A stretch of 64,000 nt of DNA from Bacillus sp. (in: firmicutes) (GCA_051874035.1 JBJEFM010000077.1:1557-65556); one strand, 5' to 3'. Positions 19,043 to 31,583 are shown, counted from the stretch's first letter. Numbers and translations: made by a program. Notes: a model not told the origin generated them from the letters alone.

Positions 19043-21466
19043 TTACTTACTCATAAAATCATAGGGAGTAATATTATCCATCCCAATCATCGGATCGGTA
19101 TTAAGCAAATCACGTATATAGTCTTCTGCCGTTGTTATAGCTTCTTCACGAACTGTACCAAGAGCAACTTGAGGAGCCTGCTCAATTGAAAAGGCTTGCC
19201 GCAATTTTGCAACCAATGTTGTGTTGCGATCATGGTCTTGGGTTCGCTCAACCCCTATCCTGAGCGCTTCTTCCTCCCCGCAAAGTATAAGGAATTGTTT
19301 ACTGCGCGTAATTCCTGTATAGATTAGTTTCCGCCTAAGCATTCTATAATAACTCTTGACGATTGGCATAATCACAATGGGAAATTCACTGCCTTGCGAC
19401 TTATGGATAGAGCAGCAATAAGCGTGTGTGATCTGTGTTAAATCCTGCTTCGTATAAGCCACTTCAATCCCATCGAAAGAAATATAAAGCATATCTTGCT
19501 TCTCCGTATTCTCCTTGGCATATGAAATCGAAATAATTTCCCCCATATCTCCATTGAATACGTTGCTTTCCGGCTGGTTCACTAGCTGCAGCACTTTATC
19601 GCCGATGCGATACACACTGTCGCCAAACGCCAGCTCACGGCGCTTGCCGTCGCTATTCGGGTTGAATATTTCCTGCAGCAGCTTATTGAGCGCATCGATT
19701 CCAGCCGGTCCCCGGTACATAGGGGCCAATACTTGAATGTCTTTTGCGGCATAACCTTTCTTCTTGGCATTGGCTACAACCTTTTCAACCACTTCCGCGA
19801 TTTGGGATGTGTTGCAAGAAAAGAATGAACGGTCTTTCTGTTGAGCGGTTATGTTGGCAGGCAAACGGCCCTTTTTCATTTCATGGGCGAGTTCGATAAT
19901 AGAAGAACCATCCGCTTGGCGGTAAATGCTTTCAAGTTTAATGGTCGGCACGCATTCCGATTCCAATAAATCTTTTAGCACTTGTCCGGGCCCCACCGAA
20001 GGAAGCTGGTCCTCATCACCTACAAAGATGACTTGCACATGATCCGGCAATGCTTTCAATAATTGATGGGCAAGCCATGTATCGACCATGGACATCTCAT
20101 CGATGATCACAATCCTGCCTTCAATCGGATTCTCTTCATCATAGGTGAAGCCCTCACTGCCATTCCAGCCTAATAGGCGGTGGATTGTCACAGCCGGCAG
20201 GCCTGTCGATTCCGCCATCCGCTTCGCCGCCCTTCCTGTCGGAGCGGCTAAAACGAATGGAAACGGGTCTTTATCTTTGTAGGCATGAACATCCATCGAT
20301 ACTCCATGAAGTTCACTATACAATTCGACAATCCCTTTAATAACAGTCGTTTTCCCTGTACCCGGCCCTCCTGTCAGAATCATCATCGGCGACATGAGGG
20401 CTGTCTGGATGCCCTCTTTCTGAGCAGGCGCATATTCCACTTCGAGCCTTTCTTCCAACTCACCCAGCGCCAGCAAGAATTCAGATTCAGGGAAGGCATC
20501 GCTATATTCGGTTTGCGCAAGAATGCGCTTGATATGTGTGGCGATGCCCTTCTCTGCGTAATAAAGGGACGGGGAGTAGACCTTCATATCCTCAACAATG
20601 ATTTTCCCTTCTCCTTGCAGCTGTGTAACACCGGCGGAAATATCAGGAAAGGCAATCTCATCCCGCTTGTTTCCTTCAAGCAGCTGCTGTACATTTTCAA
20701 GCAGCTGTTTTGCTTCTATGTAGACATGTCCTTCTTGCATACAGTCTTGTTCCAATGTAAAAAGGATTCCGGCTTTAATACGGTCCATATGGCTGCCGCT
20801 GATCCCCAGCTGAAATCCAAGCTCATCCGCCCTTCCAAAGCCGATTCCTTCAATATCTTCCACTAGCTTATAAGGATTTGTTTGGATCACGTGCAATGTT
20901 TCCTGTTTGTACACTTGATAAATCTTCATTGACAGCTGTGGGCCGAAGCCATATTGATTAAGGGCGATCATGACTTGCTCTAGGCCTTGATGCTCAATAA
21001 GAGTATCATATAAGGTCTTCGCTTTCTCAGGCGATAATCTTGGCACCGAATCAAGTATGGAAGGAGTCGCCAGGATTTTGGAGATTGCATCATCACCGAT
21101 GGAATCGACAATGTTCTCGGCTGTTTTTTTGCCGATGCCTTGGAACAAGGCACTCGATAGATAACTGACAATCCCTTCCTTTGTATGCGGCATATCTTTC
21201 TGGAAATGGTCCACAGCGAATTGTACGCCGAATTTTGGATGTTCCTTCAGCTTGCCGTAGAAGATATACGTTTCATGTTCATAAATAGGAGGGAAATAGC
21301 CGACAATCACCACCTCTTTCTCATCGTAGGCAGCATTTGTTTCATCGACGCGAATACGCACAACAGAATATAAATTCTGCTCATTATGAAAGATTGTAAC
21401 GAGATGGCGTCCCTTCATATAAATCTTCGTCGGTTCTTCAAACAAGTTCATTTCATCCTGTTGCAC
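19043..21466 (-). CDS. recD2: ATP-dependent RecD-like helicase RecD2
   Basis: GGPGTGKTT, AAPTGRAAKR, IIDEMSM, VGDEDQLPSVGPG and IHKSQGSEF. Confidence 0.96.
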   Translation of the reverse strand: MQQDEMNLFEEPTKIYMKGRHLVTIFHNEQNLYSVVRIRVDETNAAYDEKEVVIVGYFPPIYEHETYIFYGKLKEHPKFGVQFAVDHFQKDMPHTKEGIVSYLSSALFQGIGKKTAENIVDSIGDDAISKILATPSILDSVPRLSPEKAKTLYDTLIEHQGLEQVMIALNQYGFGPQLSMKIYQVYKQETLHVIQTNPYKLVEDIEGIGFGRADELGFQLGISGSHMDRIKAGILFTLEQDCMQEGHVYIEAKQLLENVQQLLEGNKRDEIAFPDISAGVTQLQGEGKIIVEDMKVYSPSLYYAEKGIATHIKRILAQTEYSDAFPESEFLLALGELEERLEVEYAPAQKEGIQTALMSPMMILTGGPGTGKTTVIKGIVELYSELHGVSMDVHAYKDKDPFPFVLAAPTGRAAKRMAESTGLPAVTIHRLLGWNGSEGFTYDEENPIEGRIVIIDEMSMVDTWLAHQLLKALPDHVQVIFVGDEDQLPSVGPGQVLKDLLESECVPTIKLESIYRQADGSSIIELAHEMKKGRLPANITAQQKDRSFFSCNTSQIAEVVEKVVANAKKKGYAAKDIQVLAPMYRGPAGIDALNKLLQEIFNPNSDGKRRELAFGDSVYRIGDKVLQLVNQPESNVFNGDMGEIISISYAKENTEKQDMLYISFDGIEVAYTKQDLTQITHAYCCSIHKSQGSEFPIVIMPIVKSYYRMLRRKLIYTGITRSKQFLILCGEEEALRIGVERTQDHDRNTTLVAKLRQAFSIEQAPQVALGTVREEAITTAEDYIRDLLNTDPMIGMDNITPYDFMSK

Positions 21467-21485
21467 TCCCTTTCCCCCCTTATCC

Positions 21486-22154
21486 TTATTGCTCTGCTAA
21501 CATTTGTTCCATAATCTTCTTGCCATTAGCAGCTAATATGTGGTCGCTTTGCGCTTCAAGCGCTTTGGTGAAGCATTCCAATGCTTTCTCGGCGTCTTCA
21601 AGATGCCCCGCATATGCCACCCCTAAATTATAAAGCGCATCAGCATGCTTCGGATCTCTCTCCAATACTTCTTCCAATACAGTGATCAGCTCTTCGTATA
21701 GCTCTGCCTCCGCCAAGCATAAAGCATACTGGAAGCGTGCATCGTTGTCTTCCGGATTTAATTCAAGGCTGCGTTGGATATACGGCATTGCCAATTTCGC
21801 TTGGCCAAGCTGCTGCAACGTCATGCCAAGCATGAAATAGCAATCGCTATTCTGCAGTCCGACCTTAATGGCCTTCTCGAACTCATCTTTTGCTTCCATC
21901 AATTTATCATTATCATAATATAAGTTGCCTAATGCATAATAAGCTGCACCGGCATTCTCATCGATTGAAATGGCTTTTCTATAGAAATTCTCAGCTTTGG
22001 CCGCTTCCCCTACCGCTGTCAGCACATTCCCGAAGTTAATATAAGATACTGCATCATTCGGATTTTCTTCAATGGCCTCCGAGAATACTTTGGCCGCTTC
22101 TTCCCACTTGCCTTCCTGCATGTATTGAATGCCTTGCTCATTTTTATTCACCAT
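21486..22154 (-). CDS. yrrB: Tetratricopeptide repeat protein YrrB
   Basis: Multiple TPR repeats; syntenic position upstream of recD2. Confidence 0.88.
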   Translation of the reverse strand: MVNKNEQGIQYMQEGKWEEAAKVFSEAIEENPNDAVSYINFGNVLTAVGEAAKAENFYRKAISIDENAGAAYYALGNLYYDNDKLMEAKDEFEKAIKVGLQNSDCYFMLGMTLQQLGQAKLAMPYIQRSLELNPEDNDARFQYALCLAEAELYEELITVLEEVLERDPKHADALYNLGVAYAGHLEDAEKALECFTKALEAQSDHILAANGKKIMEQMLAEQ

Positions 22155-22234
22155 ATTCACACTCCATTTTTTCTATAAGAAAGTATATCACATTTCCTTC
22201 CATCCGTTATCTGGAACAGCATAGGAAATACTAA

Positions 22235-22804
22235 TCAAGCCTCAATCGGATGCTTCTTGAAGAACTTCTCCACTTCTTCATTCTCGCCTATTGTACTTTG
22301 CAGTATTTCTTCTTCCCAAGCTTCAGCGTTCTCACTATACTGGCGTACGTCTTTTCCATAGAAGTCCTCAATATCTTTCCTTGTTACTTTGAATGTTTTA
22401 GGGCTTGCTGTATGTAATTTAAATTCAACAACATCAACGTTTTTTACTAATATAAAAAGAGTGGTGGCATTATTCAAAAACGCTCTTTTCGTTACTTCCT
22501 CCTTCCAATACTTTTCGAAAACCTCTTCTTTTATGTTGGTCCCTTCTTTAATGCCATAATCCAATTTGATTTCATAAGGCTGTTTTTCCGTCTGCAGCGA
22601 TACTTGTTTCACATATTCGCCGCCCGGAAGCAGATAACTCATGTTCACTACTGCACTTGCATCTCCAATAGAAGAATCCTTAAATGCCAGTAACTCTTCA
22701 ACTGTATTCTCTTTCGCTTCTTCTTTGGATTGACAAGCCACTAACGTCATCCCGAAACATATGATTGTACTGATCACCAATATCCATCTTTTCAATGATC
22801 TCAT
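22235..22804 (-). CDS. Lipoprotein, DUF4825-like
   Basis: Signal peptide with lipobox LVA-C, then FKDSSIGDASAVV...LPG...LQT...PY.I. Start is either ATG 22804 or TTG 22795. Confidence 0.7.
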   Translation of the reverse strand: MRSLKRWILVISTIICFGMTLVACQSKEEAKENTVEELLAFKDSSIGDASAVVNMSYLLPGGEYVKQVSLQTEKQPYEIKLDYGIKEGTNIKEEVFEKYWKEEVTKRAFLNNATTLFILVKNVDVVEFKLHTASPKTFKVTRKDIEDFYGKDVRQYSENAEAWEEEILQSTIGENEEVEKFFKKHPIEA

Positions 22805-22896
22805 TCTCCTTTTATATAAAATCCGTAAAAAAATATAAAAATGAAAACCCCATCTCGTATTCGGACCGGGGTTTTCATTTTTCAAACGTTGCCTGA

Positions 22897-24033
<1,137 letters not shown>

Positions 24034-25176
24034 TTATTGTTTCGTCAGCCGCTTTACAATCTTGGCGATATCATACGCGGCTCTTTCTATTTGGTCCATT
24101 GTATTATTCAAGCCGAAACTGAATCGGATTGAATTCGTTGTTGATTCATGATCCTTGCCAAACATAGCGACTAAAACATGCGAAGGATCAATTGTTCCGG
24201 CTGTACAAGCGGAACCGCTTGATGCCGCAATTCCAGCTAAATCTAAATTTGCAAGCATCGCCTCAATATTTGTCCCACTAAAACTAATGTTCAAAACATG
24301 AGGTAACGAATGGGAAGAACCGTTCACCGAGAAAACCAGCTGCTCTTCCTCAAAAACGCGGAGCATCCGCTCTTTGAATTGCTTGTATAGAACTTGCTTC
24401 TCCTGCATTTGTTCCTGGGCAATAGCAGCCGCAAGTGCCATGCCGGTAATCGCCGGCACATTTTCTGTTCCCGCCCGGCGTTTTTTCTCTTGCTCTCCGC
24501 CATACAAAACAGGCGTAAGTGCAATGCCTTCCCGGCAATAAAGAAAGCCGATTCCTTTAGGGCCGTTTATTTTATGTGAAGAAACGGATAATAAATCGAT
24601 ACTCATCTTTTGTACATCAATCGGTAAAATACCATAGGCCTGCACTGCATCCGTATGGAAGAATGCTTGGTGCCCCTGCAATAAAGACCCGATTGCATGT
24701 ACATCTTGAATCGTTCCTACTTCATTATTGCCAAACATAATAGAAACCAGTATTGTATCATCTCTTAAGGCATTTTGTAAGTCTTCCAGTGAAACTGTTC
24801 CTTGCTCGTCAACCGGCAGATAAGTCACTTCAAACCCTTGTTTCTCTAAATATTGGCATGTATGCAAGACAGCATGATGCTCTATGGCAGTAGTGATAAT
24901 ATGCTTGCCTTTATGCTGATAGGCACGGGCAACTCCCGTTATTGCATGATTATCACTCTCCGTACCGCCGCTTGTAAAAATAATTTCATTTTCTTTAGCC
25001 GCAATGGTGCCCGCTAACCTTCTCCGTGCATCATTCACAGCTTTGCGCGCTTCCCTGCCGAAGAAGTGCACGCTTGAAGCATTTCCATAATTCGCTTGCA
25101 TCGCTTTCATCATTTCATGTGCTACATCTGGATGCATAGGAGTTGTAGCGGCATGATCGAGATAGATTCTTTCCAC
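24034..25176 (-). CDS. iscS: Cysteine desulfurase (IscS-like, YrvO)
   Basis: IYLDHAATTP, HTDAVQ, SSHKINGPKG (PLP Lys) and SSGSACT (catalytic Cys). GTG start after AAGGAGG. Confidence 0.95.
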   Translation of the reverse strand: MERIYLDHAATTPMHPDVAHEMMKAMQANYGNASSVHFFGREARKAVNDARRRLAGTIAAKENEIIFTSGGTESDNHAITGVARAYQHKGKHIITTAIEHHAVLHTCQYLEKQGFEVTYLPVDEQGTVSLEDLQNALRDDTILVSIMFGNNEVGTIQDVHAIGSLLQGHQAFFHTDAVQAYGILPIDVQKMSIDLLSVSSHKINGPKGIGFLYCREGIALTPVLYGGEQEKKRRAGTENVPAITGMALAAAIAQEQMQEKQVLYKQFKERMLRVFEEEQLVFSVNGSSHSLPHVLNISFSGTNIEAMLANLDLAGIAASSGSACTAGTIDPSHVLVAMFGKDHESTTNSIRFSFGLNNTMDQIERAAYDIAKIVKRLTKQ

Positions 25177-25224
25177 TACCTCTTCCTCCTTACTATCTTT
25201 CACTATCTTTCCAATATCTCTTCC

Positions 25225-25644
25225 TTAAATATAATACATATAAGAATCTATATTACCATCTTCCTTATAATTGGCTAAATCTTCTAATGTTGTTGTATCG
25301 AGTACATCTTTCACAGCATCACGAATGCGGATCCATAGGGAACGTTTGGCCGGTTCTTCATCTTCAATGCCTTCAACCGGACTGATGGGCCCTTCCAATA
25401 CGCGGATGATATCACCGGATGTGATCATATTCGGATCTTTCGCCAACACATACCCGCCATAAGCGCCTCTGATGCTCCTTACTAACCCGGCATTCCGAAG
25501 CGGTGCGATCAACTGCTCTAAATAATGTTCGGATAAATCATGCGTTTGAGCGATCGACTTCAAAGAAGTCGGACCTTCTCCATGCTTCTTCGCAAGTTCA
25601 ATCATAATCGTCAGACCATAACGCCCTTTAGTAGAAATTTTCAT
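25225..25644 (-). CDS. cymR: Cysteine metabolism regulator CymR (Rrf2 family)
   Basis: MKISTKGRYGLTIMIELA, LSEHYLEQL and SIRGAYGGY; cymR-iscS-mnmA order. Confidence 0.96.
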   Translation of the reverse strand: MKISTKGRYGLTIMIELAKKHGEGPTSLKSIAQTHDLSEHYLEQLIAPLRNAGLVRSIRGAYGGYVLAKDPNMITSGDIIRVLEGPISPVEGIEDEEPAKRSLWIRIRDAVKDVLDTTTLEDLANYKEDGNIDSYMYYI

Positions 25645-25891
25645 AATACAGCACCCCAATTAGTTTTATTACAATGTTTATCATTTATGTGAGATTGTTT
25701 ATTCATTTGCCTTTACATACAAAACAGACTTTTGAAATTATAGCATATATAGATATAACAATACATTTTCTTTTATTATACCGTATTGCCGCAAGCTACA
25801 AACAATATAAACTCATAAATGTAAATAATCCCCTGATTTTTTCCATGATATAAAGCAACAAGCACCGGCCGATGACCGATGCTTGCCCTTG

Positions 25892-26803
25892 TTATTGTGT
25901 TACTAGCTTTAATGGAGCCGCGATATATTCCTCTACTTTTTTACCTTGCAGAACATCCGTCGCCGCATCGACCGCCAATTGCCCGATCAAATCCGGCTGC
26001 TGCGCCACAGTAGCCGCCAGCTTGCCGGCCTTAACTGCATTCAGCGCATCTTCATTGCCATCAAAGCCAACTACCAATATATCTTTGCCTGTACTATTAA
26101 TCGCTTCAATTGCCCCTAAGGCCATTTCATCGTTATGAGCGAAAACAGCCTGAATATCCGGCTTGCCTTGAAGCATATTCTCCATGACCGTCAGACCCTT
26201 CGTACGGTCAAAATCTGCTGTTTGCTTGCCGATTACATCTAACTTCTGATCCGCGACATTATGGAAACCTTTTCCTCGTTCGCGTGTCGCCGATGCGCCC
26301 GGCACTCCTTCAAGCTCAACCACTTTCGCATTCTCGCCTAACTTCTCCACTAAATAGTTCCCGGCCATTTCTCCTCCCTTGACATTATCGGAAGCAACTA
26401 ATGTTGCAACCTCGCCTTTATCAGAAGAGCGATCCAATGTGATAACCGGAATCCCTACGCTATTCGCCGACTCGACGGCTGCGGAGATTGCAGCTGAATC
26501 TGCCGGATTAATAAGCAATACATCGACACCTTGTTGAATTAAATCCTCTACATCATTTACCTGCTTAGCAGAATCATTTTGAGCATCGACAACTACAGTG
26601 TCCATTCCTTTTGCCTTTGCTTGATTCACTACTCCATCTTTTAACGATACGAAGAATGGATTGTTTAGCGTCGATACAGATAAGCCGATTTTCACGTCTT
26701 CTAATTTATCCTTCTTAGCCGGCTTGGCCCATTCAGGCGGTTCTAATGAACAACCGCTTAAGACCAGTAAAGCTAAAGACAGCAGTACCCATATTTTTTT
26801 CAT
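25892..26803 (-). CDS. rbsB: Ribose ABC transporter substrate-binding lipoprotein
   Basis: Lipobox LSG-C-SLEPPEW, STLNNPFFV, DRTKGL and AHNDEMALGA. Confidence 0.95.
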   Translation of the reverse strand: MKKIWVLLSLALLVLSGCSLEPPEWAKPAKKDKLEDVKIGLSVSTLNNPFFVSLKDGVVNQAKAKGMDTVVVDAQNDSAKQVNDVEDLIQQGVDVLLINPADSAAISAAVESANSVGIPVITLDRSSDKGEVATLVASDNVKGGEMAGNYLVEKLGENAKVVELEGVPGASATRERGKGFHNVADQKLDVIGKQTADFDRTKGLTVMENMLQGKPDIQAVFAHNDEMALGAIEAINSTGKDILVVGFDGNEDALNAVKAGKLAATVAQQPDLIGQLAVDAATDVLQGKKVEEYIAAPLKLVTQ

Positions 26804-26814
26804 CTGTCACCCTC

Positions 26815-27768
26815 CTAAGCCGCTTTCTTGCGGTCAATCATAACAGCCGCAAGTATAACTAAACCTTTCACAACCATTTGGAAAAACGATGATACACCAA
26901 GCAGATTCAGTCCATTGTTTAATGTACCGATAATCAAAGCCCCGACCAGCGTGCCGACAATCCAGCCGCGGCCGCCCGTAAGGCTTGTACCGCCCAGCAC
27001 AACCGCCGCAATGGCATCCAGCTCATACGAACTCCCCGCTGTCGGCTGTGCCGAGTTCAAGCGTGAAGTCAGAATCGCCCCCGCTAAAGCTGCAAGAAAG
27101 CCTGCCAACGAATAAATCATGATTTTCACACGATCGACTTTAATGCCTGAAATCAACGCAGCTTTCTCATTGCCCCCGATGGCATATGTTTTACGCCCGA
27201 AAGCTGTTTTCTGAAGAATGACCCATAGGACAGTAAATGTAATGATCATCGTGATCGCCGGAACAGGAATGCCAAGGAAGTAGCCGCGGCCAAATAACTG
27301 GAACGCATAGTTATCTCCTAATCCTGTAATCGGATTGCCGTCTGTATAAACAAGCGTCAACCCTCTGAATATAGTCATAGTTGCCAATGTTGCGATAAAT
27401 GGAGCCATTTTGCCTTTCGTAACGAGCAATCCATTAATCGCTCCCATAATAGCCCCTAATAGACATCCTACGAGTATAGCGATAATTGGATCTAAACCTG
27501 AAACAATCATGCCGGCCATCAGCGCGCTGGATAGCGCCAATATGCTCCCTACCGATAAATCGATTCCGCCTGTTAAGATTACAAATGTCATGCCATATGC
27601 TATAAGAGCGTTAATCGCTACTTGACGCAATAAATTCAAAATATTGAGCGGCGCCAAAAAACTAGGATTGATAATCGAAACAATAGCAATAAGTAATAAT
27701 AAACCTAATAAGGGCCCTAGTTTCTGCGTTATCGAACGAAGATGGTTCGTTTCTTGGATTGCATTCAT
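26815..27768 (-). CDS. rbsC: Ribose ABC transporter permease
   Basis: GGIDLSVGS, PFIATL and YELDAIAAVVLGGTSL.GG.G. Confidence 0.95.
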   Translation of the reverse strand: MNAIQETNHLRSITQKLGPLLGLLLLIAIVSIINPSFLAPLNILNLLRQVAINALIAYGMTFVILTGGIDLSVGSILALSSALMAGMIVSGLDPIIAILVGCLLGAIMGAINGLLVTKGKMAPFIATLATMTIFRGLTLVYTDGNPITGLGDNYAFQLFGRGYFLGIPVPAITMIITFTVLWVILQKTAFGRKTYAIGGNEKAALISGIKVDRVKIMIYSLAGFLAALAGAILTSRLNSAQPTAGSSYELDAIAAVVLGGTSLTGGRGWIVGTLVGALIIGTLNNGLNLLGVSSFFQMVVKGLVILAAVMIDRKKAA

Positions 27769-27769
27769 T

Positions 27770-29251
27770 TCACTGTCCTCCTGTTGCTAATGTCATAATC
27801 TTTTCTTGTGTTGCCTCTTCCTTCATTAATTCACCTGTGATCTTACCTTCGTGGAAAACAAGGATTCGATCGCTCATCCCCAATATTTCCGGCAATTCAG
27901 AGGAAACCATGATAATGGCGACACCGCGGTCCGTAAGCTCATTCATCAATTGATAAATTTCCCGCTTGGCCCCTACATCGACTCCCCTCGTCGGTTCATC
28001 AAGGATGAGCACTTTAGGACCGATGCCGATCCATTTAGCGATTACCACTTTTTGCTGATTGCCGCCTGATAGATTACTAGCTTTCATTTCAGAAGATTGC
28101 GTTTTAATGCTTAACCTCTCAATCAATAAAGAAACAAAATCCCGCTCCGTTTTCTGATCGATATACCCTTTCAGCGCAAAGCTCTTTAAATTCGGCAGCG
28201 CCATATTTTCCCGTATCGAGAAATCCAGCACCAGACCTTCATCTTTACGGTCTTCGGTAATAAAGCCGATGCCAAGTTCAACCGCTTGACTGGGATTCTG
28301 AATACGTACAAGCTTGCCGTTCAGATAAATCTCGCCTGCCGATTTCTTATCAAGGCCAAAAAGCGTGCGCATGATTTCGGTTCTGCCTGCGCCCATCAAA
28401 CCTGAAAATCCCACAATTTCGCCTGCTCGAACAGAGAAACTAACATTCTCGAACTCATTCTTCCGAGTGAGTCCTTTCACTTCCAGTGCTGTATCCCCAA
28501 TAGAACTCTCCCTCTTAGGAAAGCGATCTGTTAATTCCCTTCCAACCATCTTCTTCACCACTTCATTGAAATCCGTCTCCGGAATCCGCTTAGTGTCTAC
28601 TGTTTTCCCATCACGCATCACAGTGATCCGATCGCAAATGGTAAAAATCTCTTCCATTCGATGGGAAATATAAACGATGCTCACCCCTTGTTCTTTCAGG
28701 GAGCCGATCACTTCAAATAATTTAACAATTTCTCTTTCAGTTAATGCCGCTGTCGGTTCATCCATGATGATTACTTCTGCATTTGTCATGAGCGCCTTTG
28801 CGATCTCTATCATTTGCTGTTCTCCGACAGAGCATGCACCCGCCGGTTCATCAAGCGGAATATTGACGGATAATCTTTCAAACTGCTTTTCAGCGAGCGC
28901 TTTCATTTCTTTCGTCTTTAATAAACCGAATGGAGACTTGCGTTCTTTGCCGATGAATAAATTCTCAAGAACTGTCATCTCCGGCCAAATAAGCAACTCT
29001 TGATGAATAAATGTTATCCCATTTTGTTCAGCTTCTTTCGGATTAGCGAAATACTTCTCTTGCCCATTGATTTCGATTGTGCCCGCATCGCGCTTATGCA
29101 GACCGGTAAGCACATTCATCATTGTCGACTTCCCTGCCCCATTTTCCCCCATTAAAGCATGGACCTCACCGGGCAGCAGCTCAAAGTCAACGCCTGTCAA
29201 AACTTTATTCGTACCAAACGCCTTTTGAATCTCTTTCATTGCAATTCGCAT
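27770..29251 (-). CDS. rbsA: Ribose ABC transporter ATP-binding protein
   Basis: Two NBDs: [26 protein letters not shown] and [10 protein letters not shown]. Confidence 0.96.
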   Translation of the reverse strand: MRIAMKEIQKAFGTNKVLTGVDFELLPGEVHALMGENGAGKSTMMNVLTGLHKRDAGTIEINGQEKYFANPKEAEQNGITFIHQELLIWPEMTVLENLFIGKERKSPFGLLKTKEMKALAEKQFERLSVNIPLDEPAGACSVGEQQMIEIAKALMTNAEVIIMDEPTAALTEREIVKLFEVIGSLKEQGVSIVYISHRMEEIFTICDRITVMRDGKTVDTKRIPETDFNEVVKKMVGRELTDRFPKRESSIGDTALEVKGLTRKNEFENVSFSVRAGEIVGFSGLMGAGRTEIMRTLFGLDKKSAGEIYLNGKLVRIQNPSQAVELGIGFITEDRKDEGLVLDFSIRENMALPNLKSFALKGYIDQKTERDFVSLLIERLSIKTQSSEMKASNLSGGNQQKVVIAKWIGIGPKVLILDEPTRGVDVGAKREIYQLMNELTDRGVAIIMVSSELPEILGMSDRILVFHEGKITGELMKEEATQEKIMTLATGGQ

Positions 29252-29267
29252 CTAAAGTCACCACTCC

Positions 29268-29663
29268 TTAAAAGAATACACCTGCTTGCAAAATGCAATT
29301 GGCATATGGGGTAATTTCACCGGTTCGAATAATTGCTTTCGCTTTTTTTGTAAGATCTTTAAACGTTTCATGACTAACATACGTCATTGATGTATCCGGA
29401 AAACGATTTTGCATAAATACATGGACGCGTTCATTCTTCGCCTTCATTTCTTCCGCTACTATAATCGCTTCAACCACCATATCATCAACAATAGCCGAAA
29501 CTGTCGCTTGATAGCTTGGAACACCCGGCGTCAAAGCTAAATCGATTTTCTTCACACCCTCCGGCACCGGCAAACCGGCATCTCCCACAACGATTAAATC
29601 GGTATGGCCTAAATCAGCCAGCACCTTAGCGATATGGCTGTTCAATATTCCATGTTTCTTCAT
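29268..29663 (-). CDS. rbsD: D-ribose pyranase
   Basis: [15 protein letters not shown] and [11 protein letters not shown]. Confidence 0.96.
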   Translation of the reverse strand: MKKHGILNSHIAKVLADLGHTDLIVVGDAGLPVPEGVKKIDLALTPGVPSYQATVSAIVDDMVVEAIIVAEEMKAKNERVHVFMQNRFPDTSMTYVSHETFKDLTKKAKAIIRTGEITPYANCILQAGVFF

Positions 29664-30541
29664 AACAGAGGTTCCTCTATTTCTCCGCGATATGGCATAC
29701 CGCCTTGTGCACCGAATTTGGTCACTGATAAAGAAGCGGCGCGATTTGCGAACAATAACGCTTCATCAAATGATTTTCCTTCTGCTACAGCAACCGCAAA
29801 TGCGGCATTAAAGGTATCTCCCGCGCCAGTCGTATCAACCGCCTCTACGGCAAAGGAAGGAATTACTTTTTCTTCTGTCCCATCGAAGTATCTTACCCCA
29901 TTTTCCCCCTCTGTAATGAATAGTTTATTGGGATGAAGCCGCAATGCTTCTTTTATACCCAATTCTGGAAATAATAATGATGCTTCATGTTCATTCGGTG
30001 TCAGGATTGTCGCTCTCTCGATGACTTCAAGCGATATAGGGCGCGCCGGAGCCGGGTTCAGCAATAATGTTATTTGATGCCGCTCACATAATTCACTCAC
30101 ATATTCTACTGTTTCAACAGGGATTTCTTGTTGAATTAAAACGATGTGCGCGGATTGTATCAATTCCAGAGCTTCTTCGACATATTCGGGAGTAACATAA
30201 TCATTTGCCCCTTTCACGACGACAATAGAATTGTCGCCTTCCGCCAAAATGATATGTGCGGTCCCTGAATGAGAGCCTGTAACGGGTTTCACATAGTCGA
30301 TATGAACTCCATTGTCCTTAAAGTTCTGTAAAATTTGCTCGCCGTACGCATCATCGCCGACACAGCCGACCATATACACTTCGGCCCCTAAACGAGCGGC
30401 CGCCACTGCCTGGTTCGCTCCTTTCCCTCCAGGCACAGTCCGAAAGTCCTGTCCCAGCACTGTTTCACCCGCTTTGGGGCGTATGGGGGATGTAACAACC
30501 AAATCCATAGAGGAACTGCCGATCACTACTACTTTAACCAT
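29660..30541 (-). CDS. rbsK: Ribokinase
   Basis: [15 protein letters not shown] and the PfkB signature DTTGAGDTF. Confidence 0.96.
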   Translation of the reverse strand: MVKVVVIGSSSMDLVVTSPIRPKAGETVLGQDFRTVPGGKGANQAVAAARLGAEVYMVGCVGDDAYGEQILQNFKDNGVHIDYVKPVTGSHSGTAHIILAEGDNSIVVVKGANDYVTPEYVEEALELIQSAHIVLIQQEIPVETVEYVSELCERHQITLLLNPAPARPISLEVIERATILTPNEHEASLLFPELGIKEALRLHPNKLFITEGENGVRYFDGTEEKVIPSFAVEAVDTTGAGDTFNAAFAVAVAEGKSFDEALLFANRAASLSVTKFGAQGGMPYRGEIEEPLL

Positions 30542-31524
30542 TCTTCTTCCACCTTCCTTGTAGTATCTCTTTCTATAAATGCAACAGGAAGACGCACGCT
30601 TTGCTGGCCGACCTGTTTTTTCCGGATTAATCCTATCAATAATTGTGCGGCTGCTTTTCCCATATCATAGGCCGGTTGCCTGATGGTTGATAGCGCCGGG
30701 AACATGAAGCGGCTTAATGGAATATCATCAAATCCGATGATTTGCACTTCTTCCGGAATGCGTTTACCCAGCAACAAGGCTTCATGCAAAACAGCAGCGG
30801 CCGTAATATCATTGCTTGCTATTATGCCATCCGTATCAGGAAATGCAGCGAAGAGACCTTTAGCCCATTCTTGTGCATCTTGAAAAGAAAATGAAGTAGT
30901 ATGAATTACATGAAATTCAACATTTGATTCAGCCAAAACCTCCATGGAGCCTTGAAAACGCTCTTGGGCCGGCTCTACTTCAACCGGTCCTCGTATGACC
31001 GTAATTTTTTTACTGTTGCGAAGCAGCAGTTGCTGTGCGGCTATTCTTCCGCCTTCCCTGCCGTCGGCATACACTGAATATGTTTGCTTCATGCCACGGT
31101 CCAAGAAGACAGTAGGAACCTTCACATCCAGATACTGCGCTTTACCTTCTGTAGTTGTTGCAGAGATAAAACCAACGACATTATTTTTCGTAAAGGTTTG
31201 GATATAATCAAGTTCTTTCTCTAATTGTTCATCGCTATTCCCTAATAATAAGTGATAGCCTTGAGCTTGGACTTCATCTTCCACACCTCTTGCCAATTCA
31301 GGGAAAAATGGATTTGTAATATCAGGAAGCAACAAACCGATTAAACGGGATTCTTTCTTAAACAGCGACCTCGCCACTTCATTGGGAGTGTAATCCAACT
31401 CTTGAATAGCCGCTTCCACTTTCTTGCGCGTATCTTCATGCACATATCCATTCTGATTGAGTACGCGTGATACAGTAGCGACAGACACCCCCGCCGCCTT
31501 TGCCACATCTCTAATCGTAGACAT
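30529..31524 (-). CDS. rbsR: LacI-family ribose operon repressor
   Basis: TIRDVAKAAGVSVATVSRVLN HTH; first gene of rbsRKDACB. Confidence 0.93.
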   Translation of the reverse strand: MSTIRDVAKAAGVSVATVSRVLNQNGYVHEDTRKKVEAAIQELDYTPNEVARSLFKKESRLIGLLLPDITNPFFPELARGVEDEVQAQGYHLLLGNSDEQLEKELDYIQTFTKNNVVGFISATTTEGKAQYLDVKVPTVFLDRGMKQTYSVYADGREGGRIAAQQLLLRNSKKITVIRGPVEVEPAQERFQGSMEVLAESNVEFHVIHTTSFSFQDAQEWAKGLFAAFPDTDGIIASNDITAAAVLHEALLLGKRIPEEVQIIGFDDIPLSRFMFPALSTIRQPAYDMGKAAAQLLIGLIRKKQVGQQSVRLPVAFIERDTTRKVEEEWLK

Positions 31525-31551
31525 ACTAAAACATCCTTTTCATCTAGCTTG

Positions 31552-31565
31552 TGTAACCGTTTACA
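31552..31565. promoter_or_regulatory. cre / RbsR operator
   Basis: Near-palindrome TGTAACCGTTTACA between the promoter and the rbsR start; fits LacI-family cre-type sites. Confidence 0.8.
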
Positions 31566-31583
31566 TCTTTTTTTGCATTATTA

